Source of the DNA: Lama glama
Taxonomy: Eukaryota
Reading direction: 5' to 3'
Length of the DNA stretch: 64,000 bases
NCBI GenBank assembly: GCA_028534125.1
Contig: CM052817.1
Span: forward strand, 57,476,001-57,540,000
Shown: positions 28,401 through 41,717 of the stretch, one piece after another
Layout: each line of letters starts with the position of its first letter
How positions within the stretch are numbered: the stretch's first letter is position 1
Notes under the pieces: generated by a model
The model's input: only the letters and a program-made list of their open reading frames with translations
Told to the model about the DNA's origin: nothing
Databases searched by the model: none
Translations under genes and position numbers: made by a program

Positions 28401-31400
28401 ACAAGGCTGTTGAATTTTATCATACATCTTTTAGGAACAGTTTGTTCTTCACTGTGCATGTCTTACATTCATAAATTTAAAGAGAGAAAAAGCCCATTCA
28501 GATACAAATCTAGGCTATCTCCCCTCCCAACCAACCAACCCTCAAGGAGCACTTACACTAGCAGAAAGCTACGTTGGGAAGTCAGTTAGCTGCATGGTCT
28601 TGTTAGAGAAGGTAGTGCGAACACAGATGTGAAGGACTTTAACATCCCTAAATAGCATCATATCACTCTCCAAGGAGAAAGGAGGTTTTAGACAGAATCC
28701 AAGCTGATGACCCTGAGGCCCTACAAACCCTTTTCCTGATTCTACAAACAAGGAGAGGGATGGAGTGACACGGGTTGGAAAAGTCCCTCTCCTCACATTG
28801 GCCACCTACCAGCATTTCCCCATCTCTAATGCCAAACAAGCAGACAGAAACCCACGTGGGCATATTTGTTGCTCTTACCACTTCCTGCTGCCTGGAGTGG
28901 ACGGCTTGTTGCTGTGTGTCTCCACCACTCCCAAAGGCTTCTGGGAGACCCGGAGACAGGTACCTGCTGCCAAGTGTCTGGAACTTGAGTGATAGTCTAA
29001 TAAATGGATCAGATGGGACAAATATCAGGTTGTACAATACAGCAGGCTCATAGGGCCCAAGAACCAAGGATGTTTTAACATAAATCCAGCTCTTAACTTT
29101 AAATGATATAGGTTCTGCTGTTTTTAAATAGCTACCCACATAATGAATATTGTGGTGTATCTAAAAATTCCACTTATGCTTTATTTCAGAAACAGGCATA
29201 AGTGGAATCAGGGAACAACTGGTTTACACTAGTTTTCTTTCACCTCAAAAAGGTAAAATTAATCTGACTACTGGTGGTAAGCTTCTTTTGGTCTTTAGGA
29301 AATATGAACTAGCTAGATGTTCTCATATAGAGGGGGGCCTGTTTAAAGAGTGCCCTCTATATCGTGTTAATATAATTAATACATTAACATTAGGCTGAAA
29401 TGCCTTTGACCACCATCCTGATTGCTCCTTGTATTTATTCAGCACCGATTTCCCCACATAACATTCTTCACTTACTCTGAAAGGCACTGTGATGCAGACC
29501 TGCCACTTCCTACTTGTGTGACATCTGCAGGAAGCAAAGTGGGAATAACAACCTACTTAGGGATGTTGACAGGATTAAGCGTTAATGTGATGTGCTTAGA
29601 AGAGTGCCTGGTACTTACAAAAGGATTTCTAATTTAATGTCCTATGCTTGTTACTGGACAAACTTGCCTGTCTTACTCGCAGTATCTTTAAGCCGTGCTT
29701 TGTTTCATCAGAAACATCTGTGTTCTTCCATGCAAATAAAACTCCTGCTGGACTCCCCACAATGATCCACCAGACATGGCTAATTCCAGCAACTGCTGTA
29801 GCTCATGCTCAAGCAGGGACCTCTGTCTCATTAAATTGCAGTTCCTTAATATACCATCATATGGATAATTCATTCTCCTCAGTAATGTTAGCTGAGTGCC
29901 AAGGGGCTATTCCCTTCCACACCAATGCTGAATGTTAAATGAACATGTTGTACATCATTTAAGAAACACTCAATTAAACACCTTGTATATACACATCTTC
30001 TATGTCAAAAAAAAAAAACCTTCAACATACAGAGTGCAAGACTTGATTACTACAGCAAATCTAAAAGAAGTTCTATCTTAAGAACATAAGCATAAACATA
30101 ACTTTTGTGTAAGGTATTATTATGGGTCCCCTGAACAACTCACTTCACACGGTGTCCACTCTCAAGTACTTCCAGAGTGTTAACCACTTTTGGCAATAAT
30201 TAAAGTGATTAAACCAGATACATCCATACAATGAAATATTATGCAATAGTTATAAAGAATGAGAAAGGTCCTAAATACTGACAAAGATCTCTAAATTCTA
30301 CTCATTGCAGAATATCAATAATTCCAGTTATGTAAAAAGCATAGAAACCAAGCATTTCAATATGCATACACATATGGAGGTAAAGAGTTAATAGTAAGCC
30401 ATTAACAGTAGTTAATTCTGAAACAAATGAAAGTAAGATTAGTAGGGAGAGCTAGTCAAAATAGATTTTAACCTGTGTGAATTTCCTGAGTATGTAGTTG
30501 TGCCTGCATTATGTGATCTTTAAAAAGTAATTAGAGTATACAAAAAAGAAAGGTGTGAAGTTTTCAAAATCAATATAAAAATTAGAATATTGTTCTCTAA
30601 AATTGTCCCTTCTGGAGGTAGAATCTTAACCACTGGTAAATTTCCACAATTTAACCCTTAAGACATTCAATCAAGCTGTCATAAATTTTATAGTACTCTT
30701 ATGAGATAAGCAGGGAGAAATGATATATCTGAGTTTCAACTATTCAGTGTAAGAGTCTCTCTGAGTCTCATTTAGGGATGAAAGGGCACTCCCCATTGGC
30801 TGAATAGAGGTAAAATGAATGAATGTCAGACAACACATGAAACAAGAACTTGGGTCTACGCAGAAAAGGGAAAGAAAGCTCTTCTTGACAGAGAATATCA
30901 GTTAAGGTAAGATATAACTGATCCAAGCAAAAATCAATAGATGCTAAAATCACTGGGTTTGTTGAAAAGACAGAGTTTCACTATATCATCCCAGAGAATA
31001 TTAATTACAAAAGGAAATAATAACTTCAGCAAAGAAATCTGGTAGACAAAATAGTACAAGTTAACACAACGTAATGCACCACGACTAGTATTCTTGCCAA
31101 GATGTACAACTTGAATTGAAGCATGAGAAAACAAACAGAAAAATCCAAGTTAAGGAATGTTCTTCAAACAGCTGGCTGGAGTCTTCAAACTCTTAATGCT
31201 ATGAAGAAGAAAAACTAAGGAGTTGTTCCAAATTACAGGAAACTGAAGAGATGTGACAACTAAATGTAATGAGGGACTAGGAGCAGGAAGATTGTTAAAG
31301 GGTAGCATTAACAAATTTAGCACAACCTGAACTTAAGATTGTATATTAAGGTCTACATCAATCTTTAATTCTGAATTTGATCATGATAGTGTGATTGCAG

Positions 31401-33561
31401 AAGAGAATGCACTTATCCTTAGGAAATGCAAATTGAAGTTTTCAGAGATGAAGGGGTATTCCTGTAACTTAATTTCTGGGGGTCCACCATATAACACATA
31501 CATAATACATAGAAAGCAAATATGAATGGTGGATCCAAATAAGGGGTACATAACATTTCAGGGTACCACTCCTGCAACTCCTCCGTAAGTTTGAACCTTT
31601 CTTAAAATAAGTTTCTTAACGAAATCTCTTTCTCAAGACTTGCTATTTTTCCTGCTACTTAGGTGAACTCTCCTTGCCTTGTTAATTCATCCAAATATCC
31701 AAGTTTATGAACCAAGATTTCTGCATTACCAGAATTTTAAAATTACAATAAAACTACCATTGTATATTAATTAATTGAAATCAAGAAGAAACACACAAAG
31801 AAAGACACCACACACACAATTCTTGGCCTGGGCAATTAACAACTATTTGCCCCACTGTGGGCCAGATATTCTTCTAGGTGCACTGAGTGAAGCAGTGAAC
31901 ACAAGATGGAGATTATAATACCGTTTGACACAAAAGCCTACATGTACTTTAACATTAAAAGCTCACTATTTTGAAAGACATGCAAGACATGCAAGACAAC
32001 AGGTAAATTATACAACTTAATCGTGCCAAATAGAGGAAATATTTTAAATATTTAATATTTATTTGGTTTGTTATCTAGTGGAAAAGTAAGGTCTTACTAC
32101 TAAAACTACATGACAAGGACTAGGCTAAGTGCTCAAAATCACTTAACGCTCAAAGCCACTCTATGGATTGATGTAACATATGTCCCCACTTTCTGAAGAA
32201 ACAGGTTTAATAAATTTAAAAATGAATTTCCCAACTATAGTAGTAAGGAAGAGAGGTCCATAGTGAACCCAGTTCTAACTGCAAGGGCCACAAAGCTCCT
32301 CATATACCCCAGCATTAAAAATCTTTAAAAAGGCAATTTTGCAATTCTGAAACTTCCTCTGATTACCAAACATTAGAATATTGTTCTTACCATCCTCACC
32401 AACCTCCCTTTATGGAGCTGAGGATGAGAGCTGTGAAGTACCCTAGCGGGGAGCTCACACTATTATACTGTTACTCTACCTACAAACCAGGGTCAAGCCC
32501 TGACTTAGACCTTCGGGAGAATACCTGGATGGCCAACAGGTTAAGCTCAAATGTACGATACATGTAAAAATCTTAACAGGGTGAGCCTCCGAGAAAGGAG
32601 TAGCAAGGAGCTGGAGAAACACATTTGTAACCATTCTTTCTTTCATTAAATGTAACAAAGTCACACATCAATAACATTTATATAATTAAAATTCCCCATA
32701 TATCCTCTGTCAGACAGAAATTTTCATACTTCTTTCATTGATTCTACCATGCAAATAAAATAAATGGCTGGAAATTCATTTTGCTTTGTTCCTGAAAGGA
32801 AGTCTTGCAGGAGGGGAAAGAGGGCTTATCACTCACCAGTTCAACAAGAAATACTCATTTTTTTCCTGACTCTTGATCTTCCAGGTCACCTGCTGCATCA
32901 GGACAGAATGTGATCCAGTTGTTTTGATGCTTTGCATAGCTGAAGAGGTTTTTCCAACTCCCTCTCCCTGTTCTCTCAACCCCAGAGAAAAGCATAAGCT
33001 TTTAACATATAACTCAACTACTTACTTCCATTAACAAAGGAAGCAGAACCTTGTTAAGAATATGGATTACACTTACTCTTGGGTTTCATTTTCTTCTGAG
33101 TTCCATTAAATACAGTAAAATCCTTAAAACAGTGCCCTGACATTCAGCAAACATTCAATGTAGCTCAACTTATTTTCCCTTCAATGCATCTTTTTTCCAG
33201 TTATGAGTCAAAATTTACTAACATCAGTCCTGCTGAGACTGGACATGTATATTAAAAATGTTAAGGGGGCCTATGGTTGGGAAAAAATTACTACATAAAA
33301 TCTCATGAATTGTTTGCAGGTTGTTTCTCGCCTACCTTCCCCTTCACCTCCCAGAAACCAGATTATAGGAGGACAGGCTTTGGTCTACTACCCACTGCAT
33401 TGTTTACTCCAAATATTTCCACAGCCTTTTTACCTACTGTGGGTTATTTGGGGGAAAGATTTTGAAAATTATTAATACACCTCCAATTCCAGCCAAATAA
33501 ATGATTTCCTCGATACTTGATGTCTCAATAACAAACAAAGGCATAAAATGCTTTTTAAAAC

Positions 33562-33567
33562 TTTATT
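33562..33567 (-). terminator. REST: Candidate distal polyadenylation signal of REST
   Basis: AATAAA on the minus strand followed about 25-35 nt downstream by a GT/T-rich tract (ctttgtttgtt). Confidence 0.55.
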
Positions 33568-34379
33568 TCAACATTAACTATGCTTACAGAAATCCACTCA
33601 TGTTCGTTAACAGAATGCAATTTAAGTTTAACTTATCCTACATAATTTGGACCAAAAACTTGGTATATGATTTGCTTTAAAAAAAAATCTGCAATCTGGT
33701 TTATTTTTCATCTATTACAAATGTATATAAAAGATCCTCCATCAAATGCTGCTAAAGCAAACAATAAGAACCTTGAGAAATTAACCTTTGGTTTGTCTCT
33801 GAAAAATAACACATATTGCACTGTAAAAGTTTATAAAATTGGTGCAACAAAACATTGTTGTAATGTTTCAATGCCAGCTTACAAAGTTCAATAACTAATG
33901 GATGTTGACAAAGGTGGGGAGAGCCTACGTATATATGGGAAAATGTAAAAGCTATCTGATCTAGTTAATATTGCATGTAGATCCCAAATCTACTCAAACC
34001 AAGATTCAGATAATTTCTTAAATCTGTAATACTATCAGTCCAATTTATCTGCTGAAGTCAACAAGGAAACTCTGCAAAGTAGTTATTTTTCTGATTTGTG
34101 CAAAAAAGAAAATTAAATTTCTTCCCCAGTTTTTAGTCCAAAACTACAAGTATTTTTTCCATTGTCAGCATTCATGGGGTGACAGGCAATGAGGTCCACT
34201 TCAATTTGTATTAGCACTCATATGCAAAACAGTCCCCAAAGTTAAAGGCCTCATGATTTAAAAATGACTCTAAAAAAATAAAATGGCCCTTCTTGCAAGA
34301 CTAGAGTAAAACATCCAGCCATACTTGTAAGAAACCTTAACAAAAAATGCAGCCCTTTGTGAATTACACCTCAATTTAC

Positions 34380-34387
34380 AAAAGAAA

Positions 34388-34428
<41 letters not shown>

Positions 34429-34450
34429 GCAGATAGAAAGAAAGAAAGAA

Positions 34451-34502
<52 letters not shown>

Positions 34503-34532
34503 AAAGAAAGAAAAGAAAAGGAAAAGAAAAAA
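34380..34532. repeat. (AAAG)n / (CTTT)n compound microsatellite in the REST 3' UTR
   Basis: Directly visible interrupted aaag array of about 150 nt. Confidence 0.97.
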
Positions 34533-37289
34533 GCAACCCCTCAGAAGCAGCTCTGAAAAGAGGAAAAAATATAACTTAAAATTTATCTTGAAAATCAATG
34601 TGAATACAGGTTCAGGGGACAGTTAATAGAGATACATTTTTATAAGGCTACCTAGGATTAGGCTTATATTCTAAGCATTTCAACTTTCTCTCTAGTACTA
34701 AACATCAATTTACAAATAACGTTCACTTTTCATTCTTTTATCAAAAGGGAAATTCTAGCTTCAACTCAGTGGAGGGGAAACTCAGGAAACAAAAAGATTC
34801 AAACAGTCCCACACAAATATCACATTTTTTCAATTGGAAGAACTCCCAGCTCGACTAGAAGTTCATTTTACTAATATACTTTTCATTGAAACAATTTTTA
34901 ATAAGTACAAATACATGGCATTAAGGTTCAGAACCTAATATAGGTCTGACAATCAAGTCCCTGTTTTCTGGAAGAAAGACCTCAAGTCCACTCAATTTCC
35001 AGTAACAATGTTTTCACAGATAACTGTGCTAATTAGGGATTTTAATTTCCTTCGTATTTTTCTTTTTGGCATTCTAGTCTTAAATACTAGGTAAGAAAAT
35101 TTGTCCAATTCCCCAGAAGTTGAATTTTTTCCTTTGGTAGCATGGAAGATCCACAAAAACCTCTTCCCTAAGCTGATTCCCAATCTCCAATTTGTACTTA
35201 ACATGAATTTTTTTATATATATTGTAAAAGGTAACTTACATAAAATATACCAATGAACGTTAAATGTAGTTGTTAAAAAGATTTAACTAGCCTTATAATT
35301 TAAGTTTTAAAACATAAATATGTTGCAGCTTGATCTGTTGACAATGATTGTCGAAGCCAAGAATTCACCTAGAATTCAGTATCATTTACAAATCTCCATT
35401 CACGCATACAAAACACACATAGTAACACACAACTTACTCCTCTTCTCTTGAGAGAATCTCCTGCTTCTTTAAATCTTTGGCCTCCCAATCAATTTTTCCT
35501 CTCACATTAACAAATTTTCCACCCATACTTCATCAATGCTTTTCCTAATCTTTCATGTTATATTGATGAGCTCTTGAAACCTGCCTCAGAGATTACTAGA
35601 CAAAAAAATAAATGAAATATAAAGTGGTTATTTCAGAATAGAACATGGGAGTATCAGAATCAAGCTTCCCTACTGGGATCCCACTTTATTTTACTGCAAT
35701 GAATAACTGCCAGCAAGGAAAAAACCTATATTAGATTCTTTCACATTCTTTGGCAACTAACCAAAGAACCTACCAACACAGATTGGGAGTACACACTATT
35801 TCCACAAAGTGCCCCCATAGGAACACCAGAATAGCTGCAATTTATTGAGGCCTCACCTGGAGAAAAAGGCTGTCTGTCATGGGAACAGCCAGGAAACCCA
35901 CTACTTGGTGGAGATCCCTGAGAAAGTGTGATTTTTTTAAAAATCTGGACTGTACTTAAGTTTCACCAGCCTTTTTCATTGTACTCACAGAAGCAGCAGC
36001 TGGTCTACCAGCACTCATACTACCTTTCTCATCCTAGGTTTTCTGTATAACTGCTATGGCTTTGGACTCACAAAATGATAATCTGTGTAACTTGAAGGAG
36101 AAAGTATGCCTCCTAATTTCAAATTTGCAATTTCCAAATATCATTTACAGCTCTGACATATAAACACCAACCATCTATTAAAAAAGGTTTTCTTCAAACC
36201 TGTACAATTTACAGGTTTAACACTGTACAATTACGAAGGAGTTGTACCCAAAGCAGACCAAATAATTTTAATTATGGTTGCTATTTGAGATAAAAATCCA
36301 TTCAGTATAGAGCCTAGTGGTTTATTTACTGAAAAGTTCAAACTGAAAGCTGTGAATTCACTTCACCCATTTAAAATAAATTACTTATATGAAATACAGA
36401 TTCTGGCATAGATATAAGATAATAAAATCAATATCTATGGACTGAACCTGCATATTTCATTTGCTCACAAATTTGCACACACTAAAAAAGACAATTGCAG
36501 CAAAGGAAAAAGAAAACTGCCCTTTTGCAAACAAGACTAAAAAGCATCCCTCCAAAGAGGAAAAAAGAAACATGCATATATATGTATAAAGTGTTACAAT
36601 ACAAATGCTATTTCTAGAAAAATTTAACTGCATAGGTTAAAAACAACAACAATGTGCAATATCTTAAGCCATTAAAGCACCAAAAAAAAAAAAACCACCA
36701 AAATCATTGTTTTTGTAACAATTAACATACACAAATAAAAACATTGATCAAAACTCAGGAAGTAAATACCTTGACTGACATAATGTCCTTTGCTGGGAGA
36801 ATTTCTCTTCACTTTAAATGTCTCCTCTCATCACTAAAACAATTTTAAAGTGCTAACTTTATATAAAGCAGGCAAATTCTTCAAGTAATTTGCTTTTTAA
36901 GTATGCCAATTTGTATACAGCTAGACAAGGAACTAAGAATAAACAAAAGTGAAAGAGGAAGATAGACATGGGGAAAAAACTAACAAGTTATATCTGGACA
37001 AAGCAATAGAATGCTCTATCCAGTATCACCTGGGCCTTCCTGGTTCAATTAAATGCATAAGCTAACAGATTTAGGTGTCTGCTGGTTTAGCACACTAACT
37101 CCCTTGGATTTACTAAAATTTACACATCAATAGGTATACAGAGTCCTAAGGAAAAGAGTGCCACTTAAAAATCAACACTGAACACTTATTAAAGCAATTT
37201 TAAAAACAAAAAGTTGTCTACAACTACAAATGAAGATAAAATGTCACAGACCTCACAAATTAAGAACTGAAGCCTTCTCCAAAGTTTAA

Positions 37290-39211
37290 TTACTCCTGCC
37301 CTTGAGCTGCCTTTTCAAGGAAGTACACATTAACCAAATGGCGATTGAGGTGTTTGCTGTAATCTTTCTCCTTTCTAAAAGACCTATCACAGAAGATACA
37401 AACAAAATCTCCCTCAGTCACCTTGACTGCCGAGGCTTCCTTTGAATTCTTTCTACTAGTTTCTTGTGGAACTTGCCGAGCCCCATTCAATCCAGAATCA
37501 TCACTATCCTCTGACATGTTATCACTTAGGTCACTTCCATCATGACTGTGGATGCCTTCGTCTTCATCCATTTCCTGAGACTCATTTACTGCCATGGTGA
37601 CAGGAGGTGATGCCACAGCAGTTTTGGACACTGCTTCATGTTTCTCCAGTGGCAGAGGAAGAAGCGGTGGTGGAACTGGCTCTTCAACTGCTGGGTCTCT
37701 GTCGGAGGGATTCTCTGTTTTGTTCTCCTCAGTGTCCACTTCCATTTCACAAAGCACAGTGTCAGCCTGATGTCCACCATCTGAAGTTTCACCCTCTGGC
37801 AAATTCAAGTTTTTTTCAGAGGATGAAATAGGGGCAGATTCCTTGGTAACAGCAGCAAGACCAGCTAGACTCTTACCTGCATCTTCTGCTTCCACTTTTT
37901 GAAGAGGGTCTTCTTTATTTCCTTCGTCTGCAGTGAGTAATTTTTGGTCTTTTGTCTCCTCTTCCTTTACGTTTTCCTTTGGCAGAGGTGGTGACGGTGC
38001 TAAGAGATCCTGTGTACCGGTGCTTTCCTTTAGAAGCGGCCTATCTGCAACAGGCACTAAGCCAACTTCAATAAGGACCTGCTCTTTCTGTGCCACTTCA
38101 CCCTGCATGTTGGACTTTTCCTTCTTATTATCTTTTCGAGGAGACCTTTTGGGGATCGGCTCCGTGGGAGGCGGCGGCTCCATCTCAACAAGCCCCTTCT
38201 GAACAACCTCGACCTCAGCAGGCCCCATGGGAAGAGGAGGCTCCATGTGCACAGGCCCCTTCTGAACAACCTCGACCTCAGCAGGCCCCAAGGGGGGAGT
38301 TGCTTCCGCCTGAACAGGCCCCGCCTGAACAGATGCCATGGGAGGCGGAGGCTCTATCTGCGCAGGCTCCATCTGAGAAGGCCTCCTCTGAACAGTCTCC
38401 CTTTGAGCAGACTTGCTGCTTTTTTTACATGATTTATTTTTCAGAGTCTTCTTTTTCGTACTTTTTTTCATACAAATATTTTGCTCTTTATTCTCATCTA
38501 TTTTGCTGTCACCCTTCAGCACTTCCTGTATATTTCTTGATTTGCTTTCTGCCTTCTTTTTCTTTTTTCTCACAGGTTCCTCATCATTAACAGGATCTTG
38601 CAAGGAATGGGCTTCAGCTTCCATCCTCCTTTTGCTTTTCTTGGTTTTAAAGGTTTTTTCTGAGTTATTTCCTGTATGCATGTCCATTTCTTTAGTCTCT
38701 GTGGCTGATTTGCGAGTTCTGGTAGCCATTTGGGTTGAGGCACTACTGTAAGGCTTTTTCTCTTTTGAAACATTATCTTTTTTCTCCACTTTTACAGACC
38801 TCTCGTTTTTCTTCCCAGACACATCCCCCTTTACTTTCGTCTGCTCTGTTTCTGTTTTCTCATCAGTAATTTTGTTATCAGGCAAGTCAGCCTCTCGCTT
38901 TTTGGTTTTCTTTAGTTTCACTTTTGAGACATCCATTGTTTTATCAGGACAAGTAGGATGCTTAGATTTGAAGTGATACTGCAGATTGCACTTCTTGGAA
39001 GCTGCATAGTCACATACAGGGCAATTGAATTGCCGTGGATTCACATGCAGCTCTACGTGTTTTTTGAAATTACTTCTATCTGCTGTTTTGTAGTCACAGT
39101 GTGGGCAGTTAAGAGGTTTAGGCCCATTGTGAACCTGTCTTGCATGGCGGGTTACTTCGTGTTGATTAGAGGCCACATAACTGCACTGGTCACACTTAAA
39201 TGGCTTCTCAC
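37290..39211 (-). CDS. REST: RE1-silencing transcription factor, last coding exon (ZF6-8, Lys-rich, Pro-rich repeats, degrons, ZF9)
   Basis: ttcag|(G)EKPFKCDQC...CPHC...CPVC C2H2 fingers, DEGIHS and SDDSG degron-like motifs, and C-terminal CIFCDRSFRKEKDYSKHLNRH...QGQE*. 1922 nt. Confidence 0.97.
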
Positions 39212-40075
39212 CTGAAGGTAAACAAGAGATGTTACAGAAAACATACATGAAGAAATGAATTCAAGATTTATTCAATTATACTTATAAGGAATTGGATACA
39301 TGTAAAAAAACAAACAAAAAACCACAAAAACTATTTCTTGAAGACTTTATCATGCAATTTACATTCACCATATTTATTTGTATATCTTTTCTCTATCCCT
39401 TGACATTGATTCTCACACCAAATGGAGGAATAATTATCTCAGTTAATCCTCAGCTTCTAAAAAGGTCATCAAGCTAGGGTTCTCAAGTACTGGTAAAGAA
39501 CACAGATTCATCAAGAAGTACACAACAATTATTGGCAAAGTTATTTGGGCTTCTGATGTTAAATTTTGGGGCAAGGATACTTGAAGAGAGACAATTTTTG
39601 ATTTTTTTATGTTTAGCTAAAACAAATGTATAATGGAATAGAATATAAAATTCCCATAATTTAAGATAAACCTTGACACTTCAAAAGAAATATCTTACAT
39701 TCTAGGCTAAACCTTTAGCTTCCATGTCAAGAGTTTTAAAACAATCCTTTGGCCTCAGGAAGCAAATGGCTTTTTCTCTAAATTTAACTCATTCATCTGT
39801 CCATTGTGGCAAGAGCTGAGTCAAGTTTCACTCAGCAAACTTTTCCAATGACACAGTCACTACTTTACAGCAAAAATACAGACAAATCAGAAATCCATTC
39901 TTGATTTTTTCCCCTACTTTCTTCTAAAGAATGGGCAAAGAAACTAAGTAAATGAAAAGGGTCATACAAATAGATATGGTATGTAAAATAAGCAAAGAAA
40001 GTCATAATCACAGGTACATACAAGACCAGAAGCCCCCCAACCCCAAATTAAAGGCATAAGATTAACTCATTCTAC

Positions 40076-40137
40076 CTGAATACATACCCATCTAGATCAC
40101 ACTCTAGTAAATATTACCAAATGGTATCCATACCCCA
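40076..40137 (-). other. REST: REST alternative neural exon N (REST4/sNRSF poison exon); 50 nt (to 40088) or 62 nt (to 40076)
   Basis: ttttctgctatgcattccgttggaccag|TGGGGTATGG...CTAGATGG|GTATGTATTCAG|gtagaa. Spliced after exon 3 it encodes VGYGYHLVIFTRV*, the C-terminus I recall for human sNRSF/REST4. Confidence 0.88.
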
Positions 40138-41717
40138 CTGGTCCAACGGAATGCATAGCAGAAAAATGGAAATTGACATTTATGAAAATTCATCTCTCAA
40201 ACATTCTCAAATTCATATCAAATCTTATTTTTTTCATAAAGCAATAATACTCAGACATTAAGTAAAACCATGTAGACGGTAAGCTTTACATGATTAGAAA
40301 ATGTCTGATGATAAAATACTCAATCACAAAAACAGAAACTTACCTAGGTATGTCAGACTGAGTATGAAGCTAACTGGACAACCCTTTTCCACATCTGTCC
40401 ACTGATTCATAAATAGAGGTTTCTAACAACATGCTACATTACTCTATACTTGGCTCTACCTTGTCCTCTCCATTGAATGATTTCAGTGGAGACAAACATT
40501 TGCTTAGCACATATAGACAGAGAATGGGGAAAAGATATGTGGCACAGATGTTAAGAACTTGTTCTACAGTAAGAATATTTAGGGTGGTGGGGGGCAAATA
40601 TAGGCTCTGCAACTTACTATGAGATCTTCAGCAGTCTACTGAAAACTCCTTTTATAAGGCTCGATTTCCTCATTTGTAAAATACTTTTAGGTGTTATGGG
40701 CTATAATCTAATCCACATACAGCACTTAGCATAGAGTGGATAGCCAACCAGTTACTATGCATTACCTGTAAGTCATCACTTTTGGAATCAACTGGTAATT
40801 TTCAATAAGGGTAAACAAGAGGGAAGATTTCATGTGTTCATCTTGCCTTACCATATAAACCCTACCTCTGAGTAAATAAATAACTGGTGAATGGAATTTA
40901 TCTCTTTAGGAAAATATATGCGCTCATAAAAGAATTATAATGAAAATGTTGCCATTTTAAAAGCCATAATGAATAAGGGTATTTACAGAGCCAGCATCAA
41001 GCAAGGTGCAAGCATCCACCTGTGAAATGGTCAGGAAATGGAAATTTACAGGACTCTTTAAACTTTGATGGTATCATTTACTTGCTTCATTCATCCTGCC
41101 TCCATTTTTGTTTTATTACCATTAAATCTTTCTTGTATTAGAAGATCTAGTCATCAAGTGTAGTTTATTAATACCTAGCTGAATATAATTTCTTTTGCCC
41201 TGAACCAGATCCAGCAATATTTACTAGTTTTTCATCTTTATAAATGTGGTCAGATGTCTATTTAATTCTTCCCAAATTAATTTATAAATGTAAGGCAAAT
41301 TCAAAAAGGGAGTTTTACAAGCTTTATACATTCTCATCAAGAACAGCCCAGAAAGAAAAACATGGGAACTTATAAATTAAAAAGTAATGGGGGCCACACT
41401 ACTCAGCAATAAACACCAAGTTCTGATAACATAGCAAGAGATAAATCTCAAAAACATTTTATAGAAGCATGTTTTAATGCTTTTTGACAGAAGTCAGAGT
41501 ATCAGCTGGTGGGGAGACTATGAGAGTGCTGACTAAAAAGGGTAAGAAGGGAACATTTCTGAGGGTGGTAGAAATGTTTCATATCTTCACCTAGGTGGTA
41601 GTCAAACATATATAAAGGAGAAAACATACATAAAGTCACTGACCTGTATACTTAAGATGTGTGCATTTTCACGTGTGCAAATTAAACTTAATAAAATGCT
41701 GTTTAAAAAATTATTCT

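Larger units (their letters stand above)
33545..37289 (-). other. REST: REST long 3' UTR (3' end approximate)
   Basis: AT-rich stretch downstream of the REST stop, largely free of interspersed repeats, with minus-strand AATAAA at 33700-33705 and 33562-33567. Confidence 0.6.

Noticed and set aside
28569..29139. 158-aa and overlapping ORFs between NOA1 and REST
   Set aside because: No recognisable homology, non-ATG or weak starts, and no supporting exon structure.
34270..34598. Phe/Leu/Ser-rich membrane-like ORFs
   Set aside because: They are translations of the (CTTT)n microsatellite.
39212..39248. ORF-track N-terminus MYVFCNISCLPS of the 652-aa ORF (likewise MQNTV at 46746-46760)
   Set aside because: This is intronic or 5' UTR sequence upstream of the splice acceptor or true ATG.
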